Assembly: GCF_006345805.1 (NCBI RefSeq)
Contig: NC_043016.1
Location: 19,840,001 to 19,904,000, forward strand
Source: Octopus sinensis
Lineage: Eukaryota
Reading direction: 5' to 3'
DNA: 64,000 nt
Below the pieces are notes generated by a model that did no database searches, was not told the DNA's origin, and saw only the letters and a program-made list of their open reading frames with translations. Below, piece after piece: positions 51,655-64,000 of the stretch. Numbering within the stretch: position 1 is the stretch's first letter; every line of letters starts with the position of its first letter. The position numbers were made by a program, and so were the translations under genes.

Positions 51655-52375
51655 ATAGCCAGTACTGCATTTCCACCTCGGATGGCAGAGTGAGGGTGTG
51701 GCATAGGAGGAGTGAACGCTATAGAGATGCATGGGGTGGCCAAAGCATAATGGTTTGGGGTGCTATATGCCTGAATCAGAAAATTGAGCCCCATGTGTTC
51801 CAAAATGTTGGTGCAGGCAGAGGGAATGACATCACAGTGCAGCTCTATGTTGACCAAAGCATAAGATCTCACATCGTGCCCTTCTTTGCACGTCACCATA
51901 GTTAGGGTCACCATGAACTCTCTGCATCAGCACAACATCAGAACCATGCTGTGGCCAGCTCTCAGCTCGGATCTGAACCCAATTGAACACCTGTGAGATG
52001 AAATCCAGAGACAGCTGAACCAGGTGGTCCCAAGGCTGACAATTCGTGTGGAACTAGAAGCAGCTTTCTTCAGGGTGTGGACACAGGTGCCAATGGCTTT
52101 TGTGAACCGCTTCATGCACTCCATGTTCCAATGGTATATGTCCAATTTGAACTCCCAGGGAAGGCATACACAGTACTGAACATATCATGCCCTACAATCT
52201 TGATGTGCTGAATCCACCCACTACCAGAACACATGACAGCAAACCATAGACTGTGGTCAAACTGCATCCAAGAAATTGACTTTATTAGATTTATCAAAAT
52301 TTGTCTCTGACATAATGAAATTAAAACATATTTCACAGTCACATGTCTCGTGTTTCTTTTGTGGTTCAGTGTATT
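51655..52375 (+). mobile_element. Tc1-like (DD34E) transposase remnant, 3' half
   Basis: GGQSIMVWGAI...WPALSSDLNPIEHL*DEIQRQL; TIR-like end ...gtggttcagtgTA. Confidence 0.75.
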
Positions 52376-53214
52376 TCAATTACTCACCTAAGAAACAATT
52401 TGATTGATTAACATGGTTCTGGAATGGATTGCGTTCTTATATAAAAATTCCAATGGAATTTTTTTTAACTAAATGTGAAACTTAACAAATAAGAATTCTC
52501 AGTTGGCAAACAGAAAGAAATGTATTGTAAACCTCACTATAATTTGCAAAAAATTTATTTGTGTGCAGGGTATGCAAATTATAGTGTGGTTTACAATTCG
52601 TTGCTTACCCATGCTTTTTAATTGAACTGAATTAAGCTTTTATTTTTTGGGAAAAGTATCACCATATAATCCAGTGAAATTAAGAAACCAACTCATAAAT
52701 AAATGAAACCCACAAATCCATCACTGTACACACACATATGCACACGCAGAAACATATCTATGTATGTATATACATGTGTCTATGTATATACATGTGTCTA
52801 TAAGCATAGGTACACCATGATCTATACACATGCAGATGAGGGTCACTTCATATGAAAAAGGGAAGTGAATAAAATGATGTGACTACTTGCTTATTGAGAA
52901 ATTTGTAAGTTCAATTTTTAAAAATTCTATTTTTTATCTTTTTAAGTACCACCATTATAAGTATTTATACTTCGGTGAAATTAAGAAATCAAATCGTAAA
53001 TAAACAAAACCTTTGAATCCATCACTGTACGCTTACACACTCACACATGGTTGCATAACTATGTATATATTTATGTATGTATGTATGTACCTACACATCT
53101 ACATGCATAGTGAACAAAATAATATGACCACTTACTTATCAGGAAATTTGTAAGTTTGATTTTTAAACAAAAATTTTTTTTTTAAATATCACCATTATAG
53201 GTATTTATACTCTG

Positions 53215-55547
53215 GTTGTCGTCGTCATCATCATCATTTAACATCCGCTTTCCATGTTGGAATGGGTTGAATGGGTTGACTGAGAACTGGCAAGCCAGGA
53301 GGCTGCACCAGGTTTCTACAGCTGGATACCCTTCCTAACAGTAACTACTGTGAGAGTGTAGTAGGTGCTTTTTACATGCCAGTGGCATGGAAGCCAGTCA
53401 GGTGGCACTGGTGTTGACCACACTTTAATGGTGCTTTTTACGTACCAGTCAGGCAGTACTGGCATCAGTAAAGACAACGATTTCACTTGACTCAACAGGT
53501 CTTCTCAAGCACATCATATTGCCCGACAATTGAAGGGAACTCTTAAATCGGCTGGTTATGCGACACTGGCATATGCCATGGCTATGATCTCACTTGGCTT
53601 GCTGGGTCTTCTCAAGCACAGCATATCTCCAAGAGTCTTGGTCGTTTATCATTGCCTCTGTGAGGCCCAACATTTGAAGGTCATTCTTCACCACCTCATC
53701 ACAGGTCTTCTTGGGTCTACTTCCACAGATTCCCTCCACTGTTAGGGTGTGACACTTCACACAGTTGCCTTCGTCCGTACATAACACACGACTATACCAG
53801 CACAGTCGTCTCTCTTGCACACATCTAATGCTTCTTGTGTCCAACTTCTCTCTCAGGGAACTTACACTGTCATGTATGCACACTGACATTACTCATCCAG
53901 TGGAGCATCCTAGCTTCCTTTCTTGCAAGCTTACATGTCCTCAACAGTCACGGCCCGTGTTTCACTGCCATATAGCATGGCTGTTTGCACATGTGTCATA
54001 CAGTCTGCCTTTAGGCCCTTTGTTACCAGCAGAGGCAGGAACTCTCTGAACTTTGCCCAGGCTATTCTTATTTTAGCAGCTACGCTCTCAGAGAATCCAC
54101 CCCACTACTGACTTATTTACCTAGGTAATAGAAGCTATCAACTACTTCTAGTTTCTCCCCCTGGCATATGATGGAAGCTGTTTTCTGCACATTTTCAGTG
54201 TTTATTGATCAAATCAAATTTATTGGCAGGAGAAGAGCACAATGTGCTAAGCCATGTAAAAAGAAAATCCAGTTATTGTTGTATACAAAGTCGCCACAGT
54301 CGTCCAGAACCTCTTTGAACAGGGGAGTGGTGGGCAGGTGAATGATATCTTGTGGTAGCTTGTTCCATGGGGCTGCGATACGGATGGAAAATGCAGCCTT
54401 CTGCCTGTTGAGTTGAAAGTATCGGGGATAGAGTTTGCGATAAGGCCCACAAAGATCCCTATCTGGCTCAGGGGTGAAAAACTCCATAAATGGTAGGTTT
54501 ACATTCCTGTTGAAGATGTTGAAAGCCGGGATGAGATCTCCCCACATCCTCCGTCATTTGAGTGAAGGTAACGCCAGCCCGTGCATTGCCACACACAAAA
54601 ACTATTTTCCCAATTAACCTTCCTTTGATATTGCTGCACCTTTTATGTATCCACAGCTGACACCAGGTACATCTTATGGAGTTTTTACTTACACCTTTTC
54701 TACAGATCAAGCAGGACCATCTACCTGAAGGCATTTGTGATTTGTCTGCCTTCCTGCTTACAGAGTTTGGTCTTTGCTAGATTGGCTGTAAGGCCCTTTG
54801 ATTCTAACCTTGTTTCCACTCCTGAAACTTCTCTACTTCTGATAGTGACTCAGCTATCAGGGAAAGGTCATCAAGATAGAGAAGCTCCCAGGGGCATCCT
54901 GTCTTGAATTCCTCTGTTATTGCCTGGAGGGCTATGATGAATAAGAGGGGGCTAAGGACTGATCCTTGGTTGTCCCCTACTCCTACCTGGAATTCTTCAC
55001 TACACTTGTTGCCAGCCCTCACCTTAATGACAGCATGGCTTGCACAGTTCTCACTAACCACTCATCTATCCCTAGTTTGCATTGACCACCAGATAAGGGA
55101 ACAAGGAACCCTGTCAAATCCTTTCTCCATGTCAACAAAAGCCAAGTCCAGAGGTTTATCTTTGGCTAGGAATTTCTCTTGCAGCTGTCTTACCAGAAAT
55201 TTAGCATCAATGGAGCTTCTTCCTGGTACAAACCCAAACTGCATTTCATCTAAATTAATTCTCTCCCTAATTAGTTGGGCTATGACTTTCATCAACAATT
55301 TGATACCTCTGTGATTATTCCTATCAAATGTGTCACCTCAACCTTTGTAGCAGTTATGGTGCTGCTACACCAGTCATTGGGTATGACTCCTTCATGTACC
55401 ACCTGGTTGACTATACAGGTGACTGGACTATAGCCTACATTGCCAGATATTTTAAGCATTGCAGCAGTGATTCCTGATGTGCCAGGGGCTTTCCTTGTCT
55501 TCATACCCTTAATTGCTTTATCTACCAAGATACTGTCAATTCGGATA
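53215..55547 (-). mobile_element. 5'-truncated RTE LINE (RT to 3' UTR), (GAT)n tail, 18-bp flanking direct repeat
   Basis: KAIKGMKTRKAPG..., MQFGFVPGRSSIDAKFLVRQLQEK, QGSVLSPLLF..LYLDDL..., ...LEKTQQAK*; frameshifts; ataggtatttatactctg at 53197-53214 and 55559-55576. Confidence 0.9.
54208..54575 (-). mobile_element. CR1-type LINE 3' fragment nested in the RTE
   Basis: GDLIPAFNIF...AAFSIRIAAPWNKLP..FKEVLD; (ATTTG)n tail; the RTE reading resumes on both sides (VFVCG...AINTENVQK). Confidence 0.8.
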
Positions 55548-56953
55548 GTATCACTATAATAGGTATTTATACTCTGATGAACTTAGGAAATCAAGTTGTA
55601 AATACATGAAACCTTTGAATCCATCACTGTACATACACACACAGAGTTGCATATCTATGTATGTATATACCCATGTGTCTATGAGCATAGATACACCATG
55701 ATCTATAAACATGCAGATGCAGGTCAGTTCATATGCAAAAAAAGTAAGCAAAATAATATGACCACTTGTTTATCGGGAAATTTGTAAGTTCAATTTTAAA
55801 ATTTTCCTCTTTTTTTTTTTTCTTCTGAAGATAATCAAACCAAATGTTCATCATTTTGAGCCACTCGCCCAATGAATATTTCTACCAAATGTGGTGAAAA
55901 TCTGTTTGGCTGTTTTCCAGTAATTTTGCAAACAAATAAAGATGGGTAATTACAATACCCTGCTTTTGCTTACGTGTGCAGGGTAATGAAAACTCAGAAC
56001 AAAAGAAAACTTTTACATCAATATATTTAATACAGATTTTTCTCTTTATTCAACAATATGCATCATTCATAATAATAATAAAACATGTATTGGAAAGTAC
56101 AGGAAGAAGAAGATTAGGGTGGCATAGATGGAAATTTTCCAACTTCATTTCCATAAAAAACAAAAACTAATTTGTTTGAGGTTTTAAACTAAATGGAACA
56201 ATAATATGATTCACTTTTCTTTTGTATGTTTACTAATAGAGCACAGATTGCCACAAATTAAATGTGTTATCAGTTAAATCTATTAAATTAAATTTTAGTT
56301 AAAAGGTGTCTACTATAAAAAGTCCTTAAAACTTGACAACACACACAGATTTAATAACAGATATTCTTTTGACTGATAGGCTTAACTTTTTTTTTTTTTT
56401 CATTTTAATTTTAAAATCACTGACAATTTGATATTCTGCATTAAATATTGGATAATATTATGAGAGCAGGAAGGGATCCTCGATGACTTAACCCTAATAT
56501 CATGTAGTGAACATGTAGAAGTTTCGGGAGACTTAAGACAAATCAGTCCAAATATAATTTCTATTTTAAATTAAAATGTGGTGAAATATAAATTTAAAAT
56601 CAGGAAAGATGAATAAAAAAATTAATAAAATTTTAAAATCAGTTTTAACATTAACCCGTTCCTAAGGTATATTTCAAAATTAAAATTTCTTTTATCATCA
56701 CCATTTCATAGGGAGTAGGAGAAGAAAGAAATATCACTCGTTTGTAACTATTCAATGATATCATATATCACCACGGTCTATTTACTATTAAAAGTGGTTA
56801 TACAAAAGATTTTATTTTGTTTTCCCGTTTAAAAACTACATTTTTCTTTTTCCCTTGTTTCACTTTGAAGAACATCTTTTTTTTTCACTTGAACATTTTT
56901 TTTTTTTTTTATCACTTGAAGAACATGTCTTTTGGAATATTTCACAAGAACTT

Positions 56954-57028
56954 TCAATTGTGCAAAATAGTTTCATATGCAAGTTGCATTCCTTGGTAAA
57001 CCTCCATCGCACGTGCTTTCAGAGACAG
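56954..57028 (-). CDS. Possible terminal exon of an unidentified convergent gene
   Basis: Acceptor ttaatgttgcttgtttcAG on -; phase 0 gives LSLKARAMEVYQGMQLAYETILHN*, phase 1 gives AVSESTCDGGLPRNATCI*; followed by about 1 kb of TE-free AT-rich sequence. No homology recognised. Confidence 0.22.
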   Translation of the reverse strand: MSLKARAMEVYQGMQLAYETILHN

Positions 57029-58739
57029 CTGAAACAAGCAACATTAACATTTGATGACATTGAAACAAATTTTTCACAGTATGAAGAGAATTTATTTTAT
57101 TTATTTTTTTTTTTGTTACTGCCTGTATGTGAATGAGTTTGAAAGAATATCAGAGACAGACAGAGAGTGTGTGTATGCATATTGTGTGAGAGAAAGCAAA
57201 ATAGTATCAGTGAAAGAGAATATGTATGAGTGAAAATATGCAGAGAGAGAGGTGGGGGATATGTATGCTGTGTAACATCAAATAACACCATAAAGATAGA
57301 GTTATAAAGTAAATAAACATTCAATTTAAACAAAAGCACTACCATCACATATACGCAGGCAATATATTCAACATATTCTATAGACAATCCAGAAGCAGAT
57401 AACAAATCAACCGAGAGAAATTAAAAGAGTATTTCGACTGGAGCGCTAAAAATATTTGAGGCATGGCTTTAAACTTGCTTTCTAAGATTTAAGAAATAAA
57501 AAAATAAAATAAAAACTGGCATAATTACAAATTAATGATTGATAACCGCTCCAGGAAAATTGACGTAAAGTTTCTATTAAGCAATAAGTAAAAAATAAGG
57601 CAACTTTTAAGCCTTAACATACAAAGCTTTGAAAAGTAATCTAAGGACTCCAGAGAGGGTGTGTGTGTGTGTGTGCATGTGCGTGCGCACATTACAAATT
57701 GCAAAATCTGACAGCTAATAATTTTTTTTTTTTTCTTGTTTTTTCAATAAACCTAATATTGGATATCACTCAATACAGTAGCCATAGATTATAACAAATC
57801 CAATTTGAGATGACTCAAATTGCTTTTTCAAAGATTTGAGAGTTAAGATCAGGCTGTGATTCATAAAGGAAAGGTTTGTGTAAATAATGATGAAACCAAG
57901 GATAGAAATAATTAAAAGTGCATTCTATGAGAATGTCAAGTGGCAAAACTATGCATGACAAAAGAATAAGTGTTCAATTCTGAAACTGTTGCAAGCGTTT
58001 TTTATATGATAGAAAAAAATGTTGCTGCTTTAGAAAAGCTTTACAAAAATTATTCACCTGAGATAGGATATTCTATTGGTAAATGTAAAGAGGTGTATGT
58101 GTATGCAGGATAGCCAGATGGTTAAGGGGACAATGTGTTTGAGTTTTCTTATGTATGTATCTTATTATACCACAGAAATATTGGCATCTGGGCAATTACC
58201 ATTTTGTGTAATGTCAGATTAACTCATATCATATGAATGAAATTGGGTAGCAGAAGCTCCTTGGTTGGGCTGTACCTGAATTTCAGTGTCATGTTGATAT
58301 TCTGCCCAAGAATTATATTAAGAGAGAGAGAGTGTGAGTGTGTGTGCATAATAATCAGTTACAAGTTAATTCAATGAATACGGAGGTTCATTTGACCGAC
58401 AGCTGAAAACTCATGATTAGAAATTTTGACCAAGATTCACACAAACACACAGGCACATGGCCTAGTGGCCATGATGTTCCACTCACAATCATGAGAGTGT
58501 GGTTTCAATACCCAAATTGGCTGTGCATTGTGCACTTGAGGAGCAAAACATCATTTCATGTTATTCCAGTCCACTCCTCAGTTGTAAATGAGTAACTCAG
58601 TGACAGACTGCTGTTCTTTTGAGGGAAAATGTTGGTCTGCTTGCCTGACCAGTGAGGTGGCTTCATTTGAAAGCTACAACAATGCAAAGAAACTCATTGT
58701 GACCAGCAACATATAACATCCAACAATCTGGTCAATACC

Positions 58740-58971
58740 TATTTCTTTACTACCACAAGGGGCTAAACACAAAGAGGACAAACAAGGACAGACAAACGGA
58801 TTAAGTTGATTATATCGACCCCAGTGTGTAACTGGTACTTAATTTATCAACCCCGAAAGGATGAAAGGCAAAGTCGACCTCGGCGGAATTTGAACTCAGG
58901 ACGTAACGGCAGACGAAATATGGCTACGCATTTCACCTGGCGTGCTAACATTTCTGCCAGCTCACCGCCTT
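58740..58971 (-). mobile_element. SINE family B
   Basis: Reverse-complement match to 30412-30648. Confidence 0.85.
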
Positions 58972-60305
58972 GAATCTGGTCAATACCGTGAATTGCAAGC
59001 AACAGCCCCATCAGTGAAGCTACTGCTTTCAACCAGCAAGTAAATGTATGTGAAGAAGTAGAAAATAAACTCATTCTCTCAGACACACATAACAGGCTTC
59101 TTTTAGTTTCCATCAACCTAATCCAGTCACTGAGCTTTGGTTGACAAAGAGCTATTAGTAGAAGACATTTGCCCATGGTGCCATGAAGTGGGACTAAACC
59201 CAAAAACAAACGTTTTTTTTAACCAGACAGCTATGCTTGTGTAATTACTTTTGAAAAAGAAAAAAAAATCTTGTTTGTTAGAAATTATATTTGAAATGAA
59301 GATAAAGCAATGCAACTAATATTCTGTGAGAACTAAACAAGACTGATTAATGCCAAACAAAACAAGTCATTAGATATGTATGATAATGTGTTAAAACTGC
59401 AGCTCTAGTCATATTCATCACTACAACTGTTATAACATTGAAATCTGCTAAATACTGAATGTGCAAAGAAGACTGCTATAATTCATCTCAATCTATATAT
59501 ATATATATATATGTATGTATGTCTGTATGTATGTATGTATATGATTAATAGAGAGAGAGAGAGACAGAAGAGAGAAGATATGAGAATCTTTGTTGATCAC
59601 TACAACTGTTTCAATTCACCTAGCATTGATCCCTTGCTGGTAGGATACTGATCATCTGGTTTAGGTGTATCCATTGGTGTAGATGTATCTTCTCAGGTGA
59701 TTTAAAGAAATATCTCAACAAAAAAACTTAACTTTCGCAAGATTTTTTTTCTCGGTCTTCGTATATAGAAATGACAAATTAAGGGATACAGCTTCATTCT
59801 TATAGAAGATCCATAACAAATATCAGATACAAAAAGAAACAAATACACAATACTAGAGTGTTGCAGCTTGCTTGAAGCATTGTAGTACAGAAGCAGAACA
59901 ATGAATGAAGGCTTCTAACAATGCAGAGAGTTTATATTTCAGGTGCAAACTCCTATCTTCACCCATGCACACACATATACTTGCATGAATGCAGCCACAC
60001 ATATGGGCACATACACATGTACATATATATGTATATATTTGCACATCTACTGCTCCTTCCTACTTTCTTTCCCCCACCACCAACTGCACAACTAATTTCC
60101 TGTCCACCATATGGTATTTTCCAAGTAATTGTGGTTGCTGAAATACCAACATCAAACTGCAATACTGCATGACCTTTCTTGACCAATTGCAAGCCAACGC
60201 CCACCAATAAACAAGGACTTTCCCCTATCTTAATCTAATTCTAATGGCTGAAGACTAGCATCACACTTGAAATTAAAGTACTAAAGGAATTTGAATCAAA
60301 CTGTT

Positions 60306-60410
<105 letters not shown>

Positions 60411-60854
60411 TGATTGTCATAAGAGAAAATCAGAAATATATAAAAGAAAATACCGAGGCATTAATAACCATATATTAAAACTATATACCATATTTATTTG
60501 TGCATAATGTGAGAAATTTGATACAAAACATTGGGGCCAAAATTGGGTAGGGTGTAGCATTTGTATTTCTATGTAAAAAGAAAAAAAAAGATACAATAAT
60601 AAAATATATCAGTAACCATTTTTAGTTACTAACAGTAGGGTCACATTGAACTTGAGTAAATATGGTAAACAGCATACACTGTTAACGCACATTTTTAATT
60701 TAACAAAATCTTGGAGAATAAAAATGGAACTGCAATTTGAAACATTAATTTATATCTTGCAGATGTTTCAACTTACTTTCTTAAATCAGTGTAAGTAATA
60801 TAAAAAGTGTGAGGGTATAAACATTACTTTACAAAATATGTCTTCTTAATTCCC

Positions 60855-61600
60855 ACCTTTGAGTAGGATGTCAAGCAAGGAGATATCCACCTCTCCAAAG
60901 TTCTTTACTACATGTCTAGAAAATGTCATCAGGGACAGGTGGTGTGGACATCAATGTCAAGCAACTAACAAACTTCCGATTCACAGATGATATTGCACTC
61001 ATCTCTGAAACCGCAGACCAGCTGCAGACTATGCTGACAGTTGGACACTCATAGCTTAGCAGGTTTTAAAATAAATTGCATGAAAATACATATACATACA
61101 TACATATATATATGCAATTGGAAGAAGTAGCACAAGGCTGTGATGAAACCGAGGAGGTAAAGTAGTACGTCTACTTGGAGCACAGAGTAAATATGTACCA
61201 AGATATGGATACTGAAATCTAAGAGAGAATAAGGGCAGGGTGGAAGGATTCCAACTTTAAGGATGTACTCAGAACAAAGCTTGACAATATCATAAATGTC
61301 AGACTCATCGACAGCACCATCCTACCTGTGCACTTACATGCAAGTGAGAAGTGGGCTATGACAAAGAGGATAGAACACTGATTGCCTATAATATAAAGGA
61401 TCCTGGAAAGATCCATGCTCGGAATATCACTAAGGGACCAAATTCGAAATGAGATTATTCAAGAACAAGTTCTGCAGGGCTGGACATGTTGCAAGGCTCA
61501 CAGACAACAGGTAGACCTGGGCAGTTTCCGAGTAGCATCCAAGAGATCAGAAAAGGCCACTTGGAAGGCCTCCATGATGAAGGGAAGACAATTTAGTTAA
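60855..61600 (+). mobile_element. Degraded RTE-clade RT fragment (different family)
   Basis: VKQGDI..., FTDDIALISETADQLQTML, YVYLEH, ERIRAGW, STILP; many stops. Confidence 0.75.
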
Positions 61601-64000
61601 GTGATTTTGGCCAAAATAATGGCACAATCATGAGATATTTGAAGTACAATGTGATCAGTGGTGACAACAGCATCTGATGGTCTGATCAATACTGTGATAA
61701 ATATGTCTAAGATGAGTTGTTATAAAAATAATTATAATTTTTCAGATTCATCTAAATTTATGTTTAGAGATGACACATTTAACAACACATTTAACATCAT
61801 CAACATTACATTTCAATCAGTTTGATCAAAATGTAATGTAGATGTAAACATTAAATTAGTTATTTGTTGTTTTTCTTCCCTCTCTAAAAATAATGTCATA
61901 GAGCTCCCTTCAGTTATGAGTGACCATGGGCCTCTGCATCTGATAAGCTTTCTCTCCAAAGCACACAGCAGGGTAAGGGTTGTTTTGTGTATATGTAAGA
62001 CCAACAGTTGCCTGTGCAAGAAAGATTCCTCTCTCCATGCCACTGATGATGTTTGAGGAAGAGGTAAAGCTAATACAGCGCTAGACACCAAAGTGTGATC
62101 ATAGATGTTGCAAACAGAATGCCAAGAGCTAAAACAGTTACTACAAGACATCTCATCCAACTCTAACAATTCTATCAATTTACCACACTAGATTGGTATC
62201 TTAAATCTCTATCCTGAATGATGAAAGGCAAAGTTGACCTCAGCAAGAACTGAACTCAGAGTACAGGAGTTGGAACATATATTACGAGGAACTCAATCTG
62301 ATACTTTAACAACTCTACCAAAGACGAGGTTAAAAGTCGGTAAAAATTACAGTGATCATATTACAAGTATCTGAAAACTAAGTGCAATAGTTTGAAGCTT
62401 AGAGCATCACAAGTGTTAATTAATGTTTCTAAATATTAATTAAACAATTAATCCATGCAATAGTAAAGGTAAAAATGACATGCCAACATTGATGTCCATG
62501 CAATTAGATTAAGTGATTGGGGAGCAAGCTCTGAGGTGTGAATCAGTCGGAATGTTGGAGTGGAATGTGCAGTGAAATGGTTATTAAAAGAAAACAAAAA
62601 GTATTAGTAACTCATTAATTTACTTTAAAAATATATATATTTAAAATATTAATTGTTTCCTCAAATGTGATGTACACAATTAATATGAACTAACAATATA
62701 TTTTTTTTTTCATAAAAAAAGGGGAAATTTTATGAAAATGTAAATGGTAATAAAATAAGAATTAATTGAAATTTATAAACAAAAAAATTATGTTATGATG
62801 AGTCAATATTTCAGATAATTATTTTATAAAAATTTGCCATGGAATTTATTAACTGATTTTATTTGGAAAACATCCAGTAATCTATATATCAAAAGTAACT
62901 GATTTGTTTAATATCAGTAACTGGTATCTGAAATTATACATAATACTGAATTCCTTCTTTAACTTTCCAATCATTACATACTCAGTTCTACACTTACCAA
63001 TTCCACAGCCAAAGATTACATGAGATGTTTCACTTTAGAATTCAGCTCCAACCAGAATACTGAAGTCAAATATTTATCAGACCAGTATATGAAGGAGAGA
63101 GTATACATTTTGATACTTTGCCAGAAGCTCTAGTTATAAATCTCTTAAAATCATGTTGAAACGATACAGCAATCCTTCTAATAAGATCTAAAAGGAAAGC
63201 ATACTTTTGCTCTATGATAATGAGGTGGGGGGGAGCATCAGAGAAGCAGCTTCCTTGAGAGGCATAGGGGCAAGTTTGGTGGATCTTTCATAATAAAAAT
63301 TTAGGATAATCTTGAGGTTATAGGGCCTTACTTCGATTGAGAGTAAACATGATAAATTTTATTCTATTGTAATACAATATGCAAGGGAAAAGATTTTGGG
63401 GGTGGGATATAAATTCATAAGAATATTAAACTCTTTTAATTAAGGAATATTTAAAACTAACCCATCTAAGATTACCTCTTTATTCTGCCATACAAAATTT
63501 GTCCATTTTAAAATATATCGAAATTACTTCTTTCCATTATCATTCTATGACAGAATCTTTTGTCAGATTATATTCCAAACATTCAAGCAATGACTAATTT
63601 TAATTAAATCCTTTTAATTAATGAATACATTAAACAAATTGAAACATTTAGATTTTGTAGCTCATTAAAAAAGTGTTTTTAGCACCAGAGTTGTTTAAAT
63701 AATGGCTACTAAAGAGTCTAAAAGAAAATAATTATAATTCTTTTTAGCAAAGACTTAAACTAAATGCTTACACCTTTATCTTTGTAAGTGATTTCGGGAA
63801 ACAGGAAAAAGTGTTTAAGTGAGATGGTGGAGGTGTAACTGAAAATATTTAAGAAATCTCCCAAAACCATTTTTACAACATATTTATTGACCACATACAG
63901 GTTTCTTCATAAAAATATGAGTTTTCTTTTTTTTTTTTTGTTATTTCTAGCAAAATTAATGACTATGTAGAGGCTAATCCAGGTTTATAGAAACTTTTGA

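Larger units (their letters stand above)
52529..55987 (+). mobile_element. Putative Helentron/HINE-like non-autonomous element with internal 250-300-bp tandem units
   Basis: 5' 20-bp hairpin (52529-48 / 52573-92); gtgtgcagggta at 52561 and 55974; 3' hairpin taccctgc/gcagggta; tandem units start near 52655, 52945 and 53186/55548. Classification is inference. Confidence 0.45.

Noticed and set aside
59590-59705. Minus-strand atcac-ctgagaag...gaaacagttgta-gtgat hammerhead-like layout
   Set aside because: Core not CUGANGA and no closing stem II; at best a decayed remnant.
60763-60790. 28-nt AG...GTAAGT microexon candidate on + (MFQLTFLNQ)
   Set aside because: No partner exons or homology; expected by chance in 64 kb.

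Overview
AT-rich, repeat-dense animal genomic DNA. The repeat families look like those of octopus; this is an inference from recalled repeat sequences, not a database search. The only well-supported gene is the 3' half of a Shroom-family gene on the + strand. Five GT-AG exons (15020-15888, 31032-31131, 39919-40020, 41621-41794, 44516-44782) join in frame to 503 aa ending in an ASD2/SD2 domain. The rest is intron, UTR or intergenic DNA filled with tRNA-derived SINEs, RTE/CR1/R4-type LINE remnants, Tc1/mariner/maT relics, piggyBac-like MITEs and microsatellites; nearly all ORF-track entries are artefacts of these. Most interesting: (1) an intronic element (41933-42256) with a tRNA-like Pol III head, a minimal type-I hammerhead ribozyme motif and an inverted copy of its own tail that could act as an antisense lock; (2) four independent large foldbacks in Shroom introns, candidate dsRNA/ADAR substrates; (3) a Gly-Arg to Val-Leu change in the SD2 motif used for ROCK binding; (4) a Helentron/HINE-like tandem-repeat element carrying an RTE LINE with an apparent TSD and a CR1 fragment nested inside it. 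TE boundaries are approximate unless TSDs or TIRs are quoted.
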